A DNA stretch of 61,847 nucleotides from Ignavibacteria bacterium (GTDB lineage Bacteria > Bacteroidota > Ignavibacteria > Kapaibacteriales > Kapaibacteriaceae): positions 1 through 61,847 of the forward strand of contig CANHFG010000004.1 of the NCBI GenBank assembly GCA_947459875.1, read 5' to 3'. The notes beneath the pieces were generated by a model. It did no database searches. It was given only the letters and a program-made list of their open reading frames with translations, and had not been told where the DNA came from. A program made the position numbers and the translations under genes. This document shows, piece by piece, positions 36,246 to 45,792 of this stretch (its first letter is position 1; every line of letters starts with the position of its first letter).

Positions 36246-37544
36246 CTACCAAACTTGCAGGATCATCGAAGGCTCCCGAACCTCGGGGGCCGTCGTCGTT
36301 TTGATAAGCCCCGAGAGCTCATTGCGGAGTTTCAGTGCGGCATTGTCCGAAGATGCATGTACGGTGGCAAGGGGTTGCCCCCTCTGCACCGGCGTGCCGG
36401 GCGGCTGATGAATGACGACGCCGACGGCCGGATCAATCAGGTCGTCCTCACGGCTGCGTCCGGCCCCGGCTGACGAAAGAATGTTGGCAAGCTCACGCGC
36501 GGAAATCTCATCGACGTACCCACTGTCTGATGCCAGAATTTCCAGGCGCGGCAACGTTGCATATCGCTGCATGCTCCTGTGCCAGTTTCCGCCCTGACGT
36601 GTGAGCATTTCGTGAAAGATGATGTGCGCCTGGCCAGACTTCCAGCGTTCGATCACGGCCGCTCTGGCTGCTTCATAGCCGATTGAAGTATCCGACAGCA
36701 TGATCATTCGCGCCACAAGTTCCGTGGTCACCTCTGCGAGGTCTCGCTGAACCAGGCCGGCAAGAGCAGCTTCGGCTTCGACCATCTCGACCCAGTTGCC
36801 TACGGCTTTGCCCAGCGGCCTGTCCATGCGCGTAAAGACAAACGTTACCGGCAAGCCGATGCTGTTGCATACTTGACGCATAGACACTGCCAGCTGCTCG
36901 GCTTGCTGCAACGTGGGAAGGAATGCGGCAGAGCCGACCTTCAGGTCCATGACCAGACCATCGAGGCCCTCGGCGATCTTCTTACTGAGGATCGAGGCAG
37001 TGATCAGCCCGACATTCTCCACCGTGCCGGTCACGTCGCGAAGTGCATACATTATGCGATCGGCAGGCACGAGCGTCGGTGTCTGCCCGGCCATGAAAAG
37101 ATGGTGTGCTTCGAGTAGATCGGTCATTGCCTGCATTGACAGATCAGTGGTCAGCCCGTCGACCGATTCCAGCTTGTCGAGCGTTCCGCCGGTGTGCCCC
37201 AGCCCCCTGCCGCTGATCATCGGTACATCGAGTCCGCAGGCCACAGCAAGAGGCGCCAGCAAAAGCGAGACTTTGTCGCCCACACCGCCGGTAGAGTGCT
37301 TGTCGATCCGGCAGCGCTCGAAGGCAGCACGCGGCAGCTGCTCACCCGATCGGGCCATTGAGAGCGTCAGAGCGGTCGTTTCCTCCATTGTGAGTCCCCG
37401 CGTGCAGGATGCCATCAGAAACGCTGCAACCTGGGCCGGAGAAGCTTCATTGGAGACCGTTTGCGTGACAAAGTACTCGATCTCCTCGGCACTGAGCGGA
37501 TGTCCGTCACGCTTTGCACGCAGGAGTTCTTTGATGCTCTTCAT
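36246..37544 (-). CDS. pdp: Thymidine/pyrimidine-nucleoside phosphorylase
   Basis: ORF 36246-37670. The ATG at 37544 gives MKSIKELLRAKRDGHPLSAEEIEYF, which aligns with the DeoA N-terminus as I recall it. The motifs DKHSTGGVGDK and SGRGLGHTGGTLDKLE are present. Confidence 0.9.
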   Translation of the reverse strand: MKSIKELLRAKRDGHPLSAEEIEYFVTQTVSNEASPAQVAAFLMASCTRGLTMEETTALTLSMARSGEQLPRAAFERCRIDKHSTGGVGDKVSLLLAPLAVACGLDVPMISGRGLGHTGGTLDKLESVDGLTTDLSMQAMTDLLEAHHLFMAGQTPTLVPADRIMYALRDVTGTVENVGLITASILSKKIAEGLDGLVMDLKVGSAAFLPTLQQAEQLAVSMRQVCNSIGLPVTFVFTRMDRPLGKAVGNWVEMVEAEAALAGLVQRDLAEVTTELVARMIMLSDTSIGYEAARAAVIERWKSGQAHIIFHEMLTRQGGNWHRSMQRYATLPRLEILASDSGYVDEISARELANILSSAGAGRSREDDLIDPAVGVVIHQPPGTPVQRGQPLATVHASSDNAALKLRNELSGLIKTTTAPEVREPSMILQVW

Positions 37545-37555
37545 AGTTTCGCGGA

Positions 37556-38326
37556 ATGATTGACAAGCTTGAGCGGGCGACTCACAAACTACGAAATGCG
37601 GTTCGCCAGTTGCACCGCTCATCTGAGCGTGCGGAGCGTTCGGAGTTTCTTGTCGAAGGCCCACATGCATGCTTAGAACTGCTCAGGGCTGGTGTTCATC
37701 CGTTGATGATCATTGTCTGCGAAGATGCCTCCGACGACGTTGCGGAAATTCTGGGCATAGCCGGCCGGCGCGGAGTTGATGTCTATGCGGCCTCCCCTTC
37801 GGAACTGACGCGGATGTGCACCACGGCAACGTCGCAGGGTGTTATCATGGTGGCCAGGATGTTCGAAGAACGCACCTGCAGGGGGCGAGTGGTAGCGCTC
37901 GACGGTGTTACTGATCCGGGAAACGTGGGCACGATCATTCGCACGGCCGCCTGGTTTGGATGCACGGATCTGGTGCTCGGCGATGGGTGCGTCGATATCT
38001 ACAACCCGAAGGTCGTGCGTGCCTCCGCAGGCGCGCTTGCCGCTCTGAACATTGTTCGTCGTTCGAGCATCTCGGAGTTCCTCGATGCGCATCCTCAGCT
38101 GCAACCGGTTATCGCTGTGGCCCACGACGGCGTTGCTCCGGCATTGATTGCGCCCCACGAGAACTGGTGCCTCGTGGTCGGCTCGGAGGCCCATGGAGTA
38201 TCTGCGGAGCTTCTTCAGCGGCCCGCGGTTCGAGTGACGATTCCCGGTCTTCAATCGTCGGTTGAATCTCTCAATGCCGCCGTTGCCGCCTCGATTCTTC
38301 TTTATGCCCTAAACGCGCAGACATGA
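37556..38326 (+). CDS. TrmH/SpoU family RNA 2'-O-methyltransferase
   Basis: The motifs FLVEGPHACLELL, LDGVTDPGNVGTIIRTAAWFG, LVVGSEAHGVS and ESLNAAVAASILLYAL (SPOUT knot) are present. Confidence 0.8.
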   Translation: MIDKLERATHKLRNAVRQLHRSSERAERSEFLVEGPHACLELLRAGVHPLMIIVCEDASDDVAEILGIAGRRGVDVYAASPSELTRMCTTATSQGVIMVARMFEERTCRGRVVALDGVTDPGNVGTIIRTAAWFGCTDLVLGDGCVDIYNPKVVRASAGALAALNIVRRSSISEFLDAHPQLQPVIAVAHDGVAPALIAPHENWCLVVGSEAHGVSAELLQRPAVRVTIPGLQSSVESLNAAVAASILLYALNAQT

Positions 38327-39408
38327 AACTCTACACTCCGGGCCCCGTGCCCGTCCCCGAAGATGTCATGGCCGCGGCATCAAGGCCGGTGCTTCACCAC
38401 CACAGCGAGGAGTTTCGGCAGATGCTGCAGGAAACTACCCGAGACCTTAGGTCGATCTTCTGCACCAGCCAAACCGTAGTAATGCTCTCCGGCAGCGCAA
38501 TGACAGGCATCGAGAGTGTTGCCGGCTGCTGCATTCACCCGGGTGATCACGTACTGGTACTCTGCCATGGACGTTTCGGCGACCGCCTGGCCACGTGCAG
38601 CGCATTGCGCGGCGCTACCGTGCATACCCTGAGCGAGCCATGGGGCGAGGGTATCGATGTGGAGCAACTTCGACACCACCTTACCCAACTGCTGGGAACG
38701 CTTCGGTTGAGGGCTGTATGGATGGTGCACAGCGAAACATCAACAGGTGTTGCACTGGACATCAAGGCGCTCTCGGCAGTGATCCATGAACTCACGCCCG
38801 AGACGTTTGTCCTCGTCGATGGTGTCACCAGCATCGCCATTCAGGAAGTGCGGGCCGACGACTGGAAGCTCGATGCCGTAGTTACCGGTGCGCAGAAAGG
38901 GCTTTTTTCGCCACCGGGTTTGGCCATTGTTTCGCTGAGTGCGCGCCTTGAGGAGTATGCTCGGAGGAACGCAAGCTCGTTGTACGTCAACGATATGCGG
39001 CGTGTACTTGAAGTCGGCGACAAGGGGCTTATGCTCTGGACGCCACCGGTGACGATCGTTTCGGCGGTCCAGACTGCGGCACGTCGGATCGTGCGCAGTG
39101 GACTCGATACCGTATGGCGCGAGCATGCCGAGCGCCGCGACTACGTGCGTCATCAGGCCACGCAACGGGGCTTTGAGCTCTACGGCCAAGGGAGCTCACA
39201 GGCATTGGTGGTGGTTTCACACCGCAGGGTCAACGACATACGCATAGCGCTGCGGGATCGGTTTTCCATGCTGGTTGCCGACGGACAGGATCAGCTGGCG
39301 GGTCGCGTCATGCGCATCGGGATCTGTGGATCATATACCACTGACTCCTTGGCGGAGCTGTTTCGTGCCATGGATACCATTCTTGGAGATTTCGGAGAAG
39401 CCCCATGA
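38323..39408 (+). CDS. Class V pyridoxal-phosphate aminotransferase (serine-pyruvate/AGXT-like)
   Basis: The ATG forms an ATGA overlap with the upstream stop. The N-terminus MKLYTPGPVPVPEDV and the TGAQKGLFSPPGLA segment (PLP lysine context) are present. The protein is 361 aa. Confidence 0.75.
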   Translation: MKLYTPGPVPVPEDVMAAASRPVLHHHSEEFRQMLQETTRDLRSIFCTSQTVVMLSGSAMTGIESVAGCCIHPGDHVLVLCHGRFGDRLATCSALRGATVHTLSEPWGEGIDVEQLRHHLTQLLGTLRLRAVWMVHSETSTGVALDIKALSAVIHELTPETFVLVDGVTSIAIQEVRADDWKLDAVVTGAQKGLFSPPGLAIVSLSARLEEYARRNASSLYVNDMRRVLEVGDKGLMLWTPPVTIVSAVQTAARRIVRSGLDTVWREHAERRDYVRHQATQRGFELYGQGSSQALVVVSHRRVNDIRIALRDRFSMLVADGQDQLAGRVMRIGICGSYTTDSLAELFRAMDTILGDFGEAP

Positions 39409-40634
39409 CAAAGAGGATCGTTGTAGCAACAGGCAACAGTCATAAGGTTCAGGAGTTATCCGAGATCCTACGGCGATGCGGTCTGGGCGATGTTGAACTG
39501 ATCCCCATGAGTGCGGTCGTAGGACCGATGGAGATAGAGGAGGATGGCCAGACATTTCAGGACAATGCCCACTTGAAGGCCATGGCGGTCTTTAATGCTA
39601 CCGGGCTTGCAACACTGGCCGATGATAGCGGACTGTGCATTGACGTTCTAGGGGGCGACCCCGGAGTGCGTTCGGCGCGATACGCCGGTCTCGGGGCAAG
39701 CGATGCTGATAACCGCGCGGCGGTTCGCCAGGCCATGGCCAACAAGGGTGCATCATCCTCGCCGGCACGTTTTGTCTGTGTGCTCTGCTACGTCGACCCG
39801 ATGCGTACGCTCTTTACTGTGGGCGAATCACCCGGACGAATAGATACAGACGACCGAGGGCAAGGGGGCTTTGGATACGATCCGATGTTCACGCCTGATG
39901 GCTTTGAAATGCGCTATGCAGAGATGCACCCCGAAGAGAAGAATGCGATCAGTCATCGAGGTCGAGCCGCAGAGCGAATGGCAGATCTTCTCATCGCGCT
40001 GGAGAGCGACCAGCAGCAGTCGACAGTTTCAGGGCTGACCCTGGAGGATCTGTGTCGTGCATCGATCGCCTCGGCGTTAGGACTTCAGCCGGTGATCAAG
40101 TCACTGGCTCAGAGAGCACAAGACGCCCAGCAGCAGCTGCGTTTAACCGAAGTACTCCTGCAGAGCTACCTCTTTGCAGGTTTCCCGTCGGCCCTGGATG
40201 CACTGGCCACGGCGCATGCTGCTGGCGGAAGTAGTTCCGAAAGCGATCAGGTTGAAACGTACCATGCGGATCTGTTCGAAGCGCGTGGACAGATGCTATG
40301 TAAGGAAGTTTACGGAAGCGTCTACGAGAAGATGATGGCGCGGTTCGAGGCCATCTCCCCTTCCATGCGGTCATGGATGATCATCGAAGGATACGGTAAG
40401 ACACTGAGCCGGGGTGGCCTGTCCACGAGAGAACGCGAGCTCTGCATTGTGTCAATCCTGGCTGCTCTTGGCCGCAGCTCGCAGCTCTACTCACATGTCC
40501 GGGGAGCACTGGCTGTCGGGGCGACAGAAGATGATCTAGAAATGTGCCAGAACGCCGTTGTCGAACTTTGCGGGCGCAACGCCTACGAACTTCTCAACTC
40601 GACGGTTCGAGCGGTGGTGAGCAAAGCCCCCTGA
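39405..40634 (+). CDS. rdgB: RdgB/HAM1 non-canonical purine NTP pyrophosphatase fused to a carboxymuconolactone-decarboxylase (CMD/AhpD-like) domain
   Basis: The N-terminal ~200 aa carry VVATGNSHKVQE, ADDSGLCIDVLGGDPGVRSARY, GFGYDPMF and KNAISHRGRA. The C-terminal ~190 aa carry MRSWMIIEGYGKTLSRGGLSTRERELCIVSILAALGRSSQLYSHVRGALAVGATEDDL, which is CMD-like. Confidence 0.8.
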   Translation: MTKRIVVATGNSHKVQELSEILRRCGLGDVELIPMSAVVGPMEIEEDGQTFQDNAHLKAMAVFNATGLATLADDSGLCIDVLGGDPGVRSARYAGLGASDADNRAAVRQAMANKGASSSPARFVCVLCYVDPMRTLFTVGESPGRIDTDDRGQGGFGYDPMFTPDGFEMRYAEMHPEEKNAISHRGRAAERMADLLIALESDQQQSTVSGLTLEDLCRASIASALGLQPVIKSLAQRAQDAQQQLRLTEVLLQSYLFAGFPSALDALATAHAAGGSSSESDQVETYHADLFEARGQMLCKEVYGSVYEKMMARFEAISPSMRSWMIIEGYGKTLSRGGLSTRERELCIVSILAALGRSSQLYSHVRGALAVGATEDDLEMCQNAVVELCGRNAYELLNSTVRAVVSKAP

Positions 40635-40640
40635 GAACAC

Positions 40641-40662
40641 GTGCGTGCCGGTGGGCACGCAT
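40641..40662. terminator. Hairpin between convergent genes (possible bidirectional terminator)
   Basis: The stem tgcgtgcc (40642-40649) pairs with ggcacgca (40654-40661) around a 4-nt loop. It lies in the 31-nt gap between the stops at 40634(+) and 40666(-). There is no T-tract. Confidence 0.4.
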
Positions 40663-40665
40663 TCG

Positions 40666-41562
40666 TCAAGACGGACGCTTGAGCAGAAAGCTGCTCCTCT
40701 TGACCAGTGAGGCAGATCCCCACACGCCGAGGCCGCCACTTATGTTGCCCAGGCGGTAATCGTACGAGCTGCGTCGACCACCTCCTACGAGGTAGAACCA
40801 CTCAAGAAACGCACGGTCGGGCGCATACACGCGAAGCTCGTGCATTCCGTACCAGCGGAAAATGCCCCATACGGTCTGCGAAGTCGTAAATGGCGTCGCA
40901 CCGAGCGTTGTTCGCTCGTTGGCCACCAGCGTGCCCGAACGGTCAAAGAAGTCCGGTGACGGACGTGTTGTGCGTTCATTCGTATCTCCAGTGGGCGGGA
41001 TGAGATACGAGCCGTAGTTAGTGGTGTCGAGACACGTCAGACCGATGATGTAGAGTTCGGTGCTCGGTACCGGAGTCCATGACACCAGGAGCGAATCATC
41101 CACCGGCAACAGCAATGAATCCTTGGGAGGAAACTGGATAAATGCCTTTGGTGGCGTTGTCCACTGAAACGGCTGCGGCGTTCTGGTCGATGCCGTCAGA
41201 CGCGAACCACGTGCCTGCACAACCACGCTGTATACCGTATTTGCCCTGACGCGGTAGCTCGTATCTGTAGCACGATACATACCACCATTCGGACCGCTGA
41301 CAAAGCTCATCGGAATATCAACCCCATCTGCCGTGACAACAACCGACGCGTCGGAGAGTATTGCCTGTTCGAAACGGAAGGTATCGGTAACGGGGAGCGT
41401 ACGCAGAACGCGGATGTCTTGAAGGGGCTCTCCAACAAGCAGAATACCCTCGAGCATGATCTCTTCAGTGTAATCGGTCGGCACGGGATCTTCGCAACCT
41501 GTCAATGCAAGTGCAAGGAGAACCGCTATGAGAACGCCGGGGAAGATCGATCGAAGCTTCAT
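40666..41562 (-). CDS. DUF4249-like lipoprotein (partner of the upstream TonB-dependent receptor)
   Basis: The lipoprotein signal is MKLRSIFPGVLIAVLLALALTGC. The start shares one base with the receptor's stop. From memory, the position immediately after a CarboxypepD_reg-type TBDR is the conserved DUF4249 context. Confidence 0.55.
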   Translation of the reverse strand: MKLRSIFPGVLIAVLLALALTGCEDPVPTDYTEEIMLEGILLVGEPLQDIRVLRTLPVTDTFRFEQAILSDASVVVTADGVDIPMSFVSGPNGGMYRATDTSYRVRANTVYSVVVQARGSRLTASTRTPQPFQWTTPPKAFIQFPPKDSLLLPVDDSLLVSWTPVPSTELYIIGLTCLDTTNYGSYLIPPTGDTNERTTRPSPDFFDRSGTLVANERTTLGATPFTTSQTVWGIFRWYGMHELRVYAPDRAFLEWFYLVGGGRRSSYDYRLGNISGGLGVWGSASLVKRSSFLLKRPS

Positions 41563-43817
41563 CAGAACCTCAACTCCGCAGATATCGTTGGCAGAATTGG
41601 AAGCAGACGCACATCACGTACCGTCGGTATTCCGTCGGTCGTAAGGAAGTTTCTGAACCAGATATCACGTCGAGAGTAGACGTTGTACACGTCGAGAAAC
41701 AGTCGGAAAGGAAGTCCGTAGAGCGTCGTATTGTAATTCACGTTCACATTCAGCTGGTGTGAGTTGGGCAGACGAAGTCCCCATCGCTGCGACGGATTGA
41801 CCATCACGACGCCGCCCTCCCAGCCTGGCATTCGGCCGGCGAGTGTGGATGTGGCTCCTGTGTAGGACTGACCGGACTGGAACATGAACGAGGCACCGAA
41901 TTCCCACCGATCCGAAAGCTGGTAAAGTGCCGTGATCTTCAGGTCGTGCCTACGGTCGAACTTCGGACGGAACCAGCGCCCGAGGTTTACGCTGTCAAAC
42001 TGCGAGTAAACGTATCCCAGCGCGTAACCAATCCATCCGGTAAGACGACCTGTGCGCTTCTGGATGAAGAGTTCTGCTCCGTACGTGTAGCCTCGGCCTA
42101 CGTAAAAGACATCCGAGACCTGTACCTGGCGCCCGCGATTGCCCTGCTGCAGTTCGTTGATGTTTGCCAGATTCTTGTAGTACACGTCGACGTTCACATC
42201 GTATCCCTCGTACGGACGAGTTTCCACGGAGAGTACATAGTGGTCTGCGCGTCCCGGTGGAACGGAGTTGTCCGACGGAAGCCATGTATCGAAAAAGGAA
42301 AAGTCTGGCGCCGATGCAAGTCGCAGGTACTGATGATAGATGCCCCATGCGGCTTTGACGGCCACGTCCTGACCCACCTGCAGGCGAGCCGCGAGACGCG
42401 GATCGATGAGGAAATCCTTGCTGGACGTCCAGTAGCTGGCACGAAGGCCACCCTGCAGTGAAAGCGCCTCGGTGACGTTCCAGTTGATCTGCGCAAAGGT
42501 CGATTGCGTATTGTCCCAAATGGTCAGAGCCGTGGTGTCGCGGATGACCGTGTTGTTCTGCGCTGATTGCTCGAAGAACTGTGCGTAGTTGAAGTTGAAA
42601 AGTGTGCCCTCATAGCCCCCTTTCACCGTAAGGTCGTCGGCGGCAAACCATTCGAGTTCGGCTTTCAGCGTATAGTCGGTGATGTTATTGAGAACCTCGA
42701 AGGCGATACCTGCATTGCGACCGTCGAATCCATTGTCGTAACGGCTGGCGCTGAGCGTCACTACAGAAAACACCGTCGGATCATAGATATGCGTCCAACG
42801 CAGCGACGATGCACGATTGCCGATACGCACGCCAAAGTCCAGTCCCGGCTGAGAGAACCCAAGTTGGTCGCGAGTAAGAAATCCACTAAGCGACACCTTA
42901 TCGTCTTCACCAAAGTTCTGCGTGATCTTGGCGTTGAGATCATAGAAGTTGAAAGACGGGAACGGTGACTCCGGATCCTCGGGAACAATACCAAGGATCA
43001 GATCGAGATACGTTCTGCGTCCACCGAGGAAGAACGATCCGTTTCCGAGTGGACCCTGCAACGAAGCCCGTGAAGAGATCAGGCCAAGGCCAACAAGTCC
43101 TTCGACGTGATCACGGTTGCCGTCTTTCTGCGTGATGTTCAGCACCGCTGACATGCGTCCGCCGTACTCGGCCGGGAAGCCCCCTTTGATAAGGTCGACA
43201 TCTTTGATGGCATCGTTATTGAAGGCCGAGATAAACCCGAACAGGTGTGTCGGATTATACACCGTCATACCGTCGAGCAGGACAAGATTTTGATCCGGCG
43301 AGCCACCGCGGATGAAGAGTCCTGAGGATATCTGTGATGAAGTCAGCACCCCGGGGAGCATCTGCAGTGCACGGAAGATATCGGCCTCGCCACCGATACG
43401 CAGCTGACTGAGCTGCTCGATGGGAATGTTCACACGTGAGATCGATATCTCGCGTTTGTCCTCATCGCGGTTTGCCGTAACGGTGAGCTCACGCCCTCGA
43501 GACGTATCCGAAGCAAGCGCCACCCTGAGCTTTGCTCCGCCGCCTCGTGGGATGCTGACGGAAACCTCTTTCTTTTTATACCCGACATATGAAACGGCCA
43601 CGAACTGCTGTCCGACGGGAACGTTCGATATCGAGAAGTATCCGCTCTTGTTCGTGTAGGCGCCCGCCTTAATGCCCTTGATCGATACCGTCGCGCCAAT
43701 AAGAGGCTCTTTGCTCACCGCGTCTTCGACGAAGCCCGACACAGTACCGCGGACCGAATCTGCAGGACGCTCTGCCGGCCTCTCTGCTGCGCGAGCAGCA
43801 AAGAGCGATACAGCCAT
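41562..43817 (-). CDS. TonB-dependent receptor with CarboxypepD_reg-like N-domain
   Basis: The N-domain is GTVSGFVEDAVSKEPLIGATVSIKGIKAGAYTNKSGYFSISNVPVGQQFVAVSYVGYKK. The plug region carries ...IFRALQMLPGV. The beta-barrel ends ...TISAELRF. The true start may lie upstream at 43847 (see findings). Confidence 0.9.
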   Translation of the reverse strand: MAVSLFAARAAERPAERPADSVRGTVSGFVEDAVSKEPLIGATVSIKGIKAGAYTNKSGYFSISNVPVGQQFVAVSYVGYKKKEVSVSIPRGGGAKLRVALASDTSRGRELTVTANRDEDKREISISRVNIPIEQLSQLRIGGEADIFRALQMLPGVLTSSQISSGLFIRGGSPDQNLVLLDGMTVYNPTHLFGFISAFNNDAIKDVDLIKGGFPAEYGGRMSAVLNITQKDGNRDHVEGLVGLGLISSRASLQGPLGNGSFFLGGRRTYLDLILGIVPEDPESPFPSFNFYDLNAKITQNFGEDDKVSLSGFLTRDQLGFSQPGLDFGVRIGNRASSLRWTHIYDPTVFSVVTLSASRYDNGFDGRNAGIAFEVLNNITDYTLKAELEWFAADDLTVKGGYEGTLFNFNYAQFFEQSAQNNTVIRDTTALTIWDNTQSTFAQINWNVTEALSLQGGLRASYWTSSKDFLIDPRLAARLQVGQDVAVKAAWGIYHQYLRLASAPDFSFFDTWLPSDNSVPPGRADHYVLSVETRPYEGYDVNVDVYYKNLANINELQQGNRGRQVQVSDVFYVGRGYTYGAELFIQKRTGRLTGWIGYALGYVYSQFDSVNLGRWFRPKFDRRHDLKITALYQLSDRWEFGASFMFQSGQSYTGATSTLAGRMPGWEGGVVMVNPSQRWGLRLPNSHQLNVNVNYNTTLYGLPFRLFLDVYNVYSRRDIWFRNFLTTDGIPTVRDVRLLPILPTISAELRF

Positions 43818-43974
43818 GACGGCTAGGATGGTAGCGAAGTTTCTCAGAGGGCGTGCAGATGACGAACTTTGCGTTCAATTGTTGCGTTGAACAACGCGAT
43901 AGACAACAAACGGACGGAAAAGGTTCCGTTCCGTAGATTTGCGTGCAATCGAACCCAATATTTCAGCGATCATC

Positions 43975-44322
43975 ATGGCCATCTACATCACGAGTGACTG
44001 TATCAACTGCGGCGCATGCGAGCCCGAGTGTCCGAACACGGCTATTTACGAGGCGGGTGCCGAGTGGGAGCTCGCCGGAGCAAAGCACAGTGACAGCACT
44101 TCGCCGGGAGGATTCGGTGGAAGCTTCTTCTCGGGCGAATTCTATTTCATCGTACCGGATAAATGCACAGAGTGCAAGGGTTTCCATGATGAGCCGCAGT
44201 GCGCTGCCGTTTGTCCTGTCGACTGTTGCCTGCCTGATCCTCATAATGTCGAATCTGAGCAGCAACTTCTGGCAAAGAAGGATTATCTCGACTCGGTAGA
44301 CACGATCCGCCTGCGCTCATAG
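43975..44322 (+). CDS. 2x[4Fe-4S] dicluster ferredoxin
   Basis: ORF 43939-44322. The ATG at 43975 gives [28 protein letters not shown]. The second cluster motif is [22 protein letters not shown]. Confidence 0.85.
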   Translation: MAIYITSDCINCGACEPECPNTAIYEAGAEWELAGAKHSDSTSPGGFGGSFFSGEFYFIVPDKCTECKGFHDEPQCAAVCPVDCCLPDPHNVESEQQLLAKKDYLDSVDTIRLRS

Positions 44323-44325
44323 GAC

Positions 44326-45792
44326 ATGTTCGCCGAGATCCACGTCGAGAGAGGGCGCATACGCGCCGTTCTACCCTGCCTGAGCGGCACGGTCATCCGA
44401 ACTGAAACTGACACGTTCAGCTATCCGGGATGTCACGTCTATCCGGGCCTTGTTGATAATCACGCGCACATCGTCCTGCTCGGCGAGCAGCTAACGTTTA
44501 CATCTCTTCACGCTGTGAACAATGCAGACGAGCTTCTCAGTGCGATCTCCCGAGCAGAGCCAGTTGATGGGTGGCTTCGGTCAACGGGCTGGAATGAAGA
44601 ATACTGGTCAGACAGAAGAATCCCGTCTCGTGCCGAACTTGATGCGGTCTCCGGTACCGTTCCGCTTCTGGCCGTGCGCATCGACTCGCACGCAGCACTT
44701 GCCAACACAGCAGCACTGCTGCGCGCCGGTGTTGATCCTGCAACGGCACCCGACGTGCTGATCGATGAAGACCTTGATCCGCTTTGGGCTTGTCTTCCGT
44801 CTGCGTCGCCGGAAACGCTCCGCTCGATGATCGAGCGTGCCACGTCGGCATGTGCCAAGCATGGCATCACCGAGGTGCACGATATGAACGTTGCCGAACC
44901 ATGGCTGGAAGTATTCCGCGCCATGGCCGAAAGTGGCCGGCTTCCGGTGCGCATACAGTCTTTTGTCGGCGGTCAAACGCGCCAGTGGCAAGAGATCGGA
45001 CAGCTTCCCGCAGGGGGCGAATTGCTTCGCGTGTGTGGAGTGAAACTGTTTGCCGATGGTGCACTTGGTTCGCGTGGTGCATTGCTCTCAGCCCCCTACG
45101 ACGATGATACGTCAAACGTCGGCCGACGCCTTCTGAGTGCAGAAGAAATGACAGCGATGATCACGGAGATCGTGCAGGCCGGATGGCCCTGTGTGGCCAT
45201 TCATGCCATCGGTGACCAGGCGGTGCACAATGTGATAAATGCCTACGAAGCGGTGCGATCGTTACCCGAAGCGGCCGATGTGATCTTTCGACTTGAGCAT
45301 GCGCAGATCGTGCGTGATGAAGACCTTCAGCGTATGGCGCGCAGTCGCATTGTTGCCTGCGTACAGCCGACCCATTGTATCAGCGATGCCAGCATGGCCG
45401 AGCGCCGACTGGGTCTCGAGCGTTGCCGATGGTCCTACCGCTGGCGCTCGCTTATTGACGCCGGCGTTCACATCGGAGGTGGATCGGACTTCCCTATCGA
45501 GTCGCCCGATCCGCTGGCCGGCATGGCCGCATTTACCGATCGCATTCCTCGCGGTCATACTGCCGCATGGCAAGCACACGAGCGAATCAGCCGGTCCGAG
45601 GCCCTCGAGGCATTCACTTTCGGGGCGCACGTGACATCCGGAATGGAGTATCGACGCGGACGCCTTGATGTGGGATACGACGCCGACCTGACGGTGCTCG
45701 ACGGTGATGTGCTCGATGAGTCGCGTCCGATTGGTTCGTCCGAGCACGTCGTGGCCACATTCGTAGCCGGCATTCGGCGCTACGAGAGATGA
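44326..45792 (+). CDS. Amidohydrolase-3 (YtcJ-like) metal-dependent hydrolase
   Basis: The ATG lies 3 nt after the ferredoxin stop. The motifs YPGLVDNHAHIVLLGE (HxH), KLFADGALGSRGA, IHAIGD and GGSDFPIE are present. Confidence 0.75.
   Translation: MFAEIHVERGRIRAVLPCLSGTVIRTETDTFSYPGCHVYPGLVDNHAHIVLLGEQLTFTSLHAVNNADELLSAISRAEPVDGWLRSTGWNEEYWSDRRIPSRAELDAVSGTVPLLAVRIDSHAALANTAALLRAGVDPATAPDVLIDEDLDPLWACLPSASPETLRSMIERATSACAKHGITEVHDMNVAEPWLEVFRAMAESGRLPVRIQSFVGGQTRQWQEIGQLPAGGELLRVCGVKLFADGALGSRGALLSAPYDDDTSNVGRRLLSAEEMTAMITEIVQAGWPCVAIHAIGDQAVHNVINAYEAVRSLPEAADVIFRLEHAQIVRDEDLQRMARSRIVACVQPTHCISDASMAERRLGLERCRWSYRWRSLIDAGVHIGGGSDFPIESPDPLAGMAAFTDRIPRGHTAAWQAHERISRSEALEAFTFGAHVTSGMEYRRGRLDVGYDADLTVLDGDVLDESRPIGSSEHVVATFVAGIRRYER

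Noticed and set aside
43818-43974. A riboswitch (for example cobalamin) or Fur box upstream of the TonB-dependent receptor
   Set aside because: The 157-bp divergent region is too short for a B12 element once the ferredoxin promoter is included. I found no B12-box-like GCCACTG and no GATAATGATAATCATTATC-like sequence. Only a weak inverted repeat (gttcaa...ttgaac, 43873-43892) is present.
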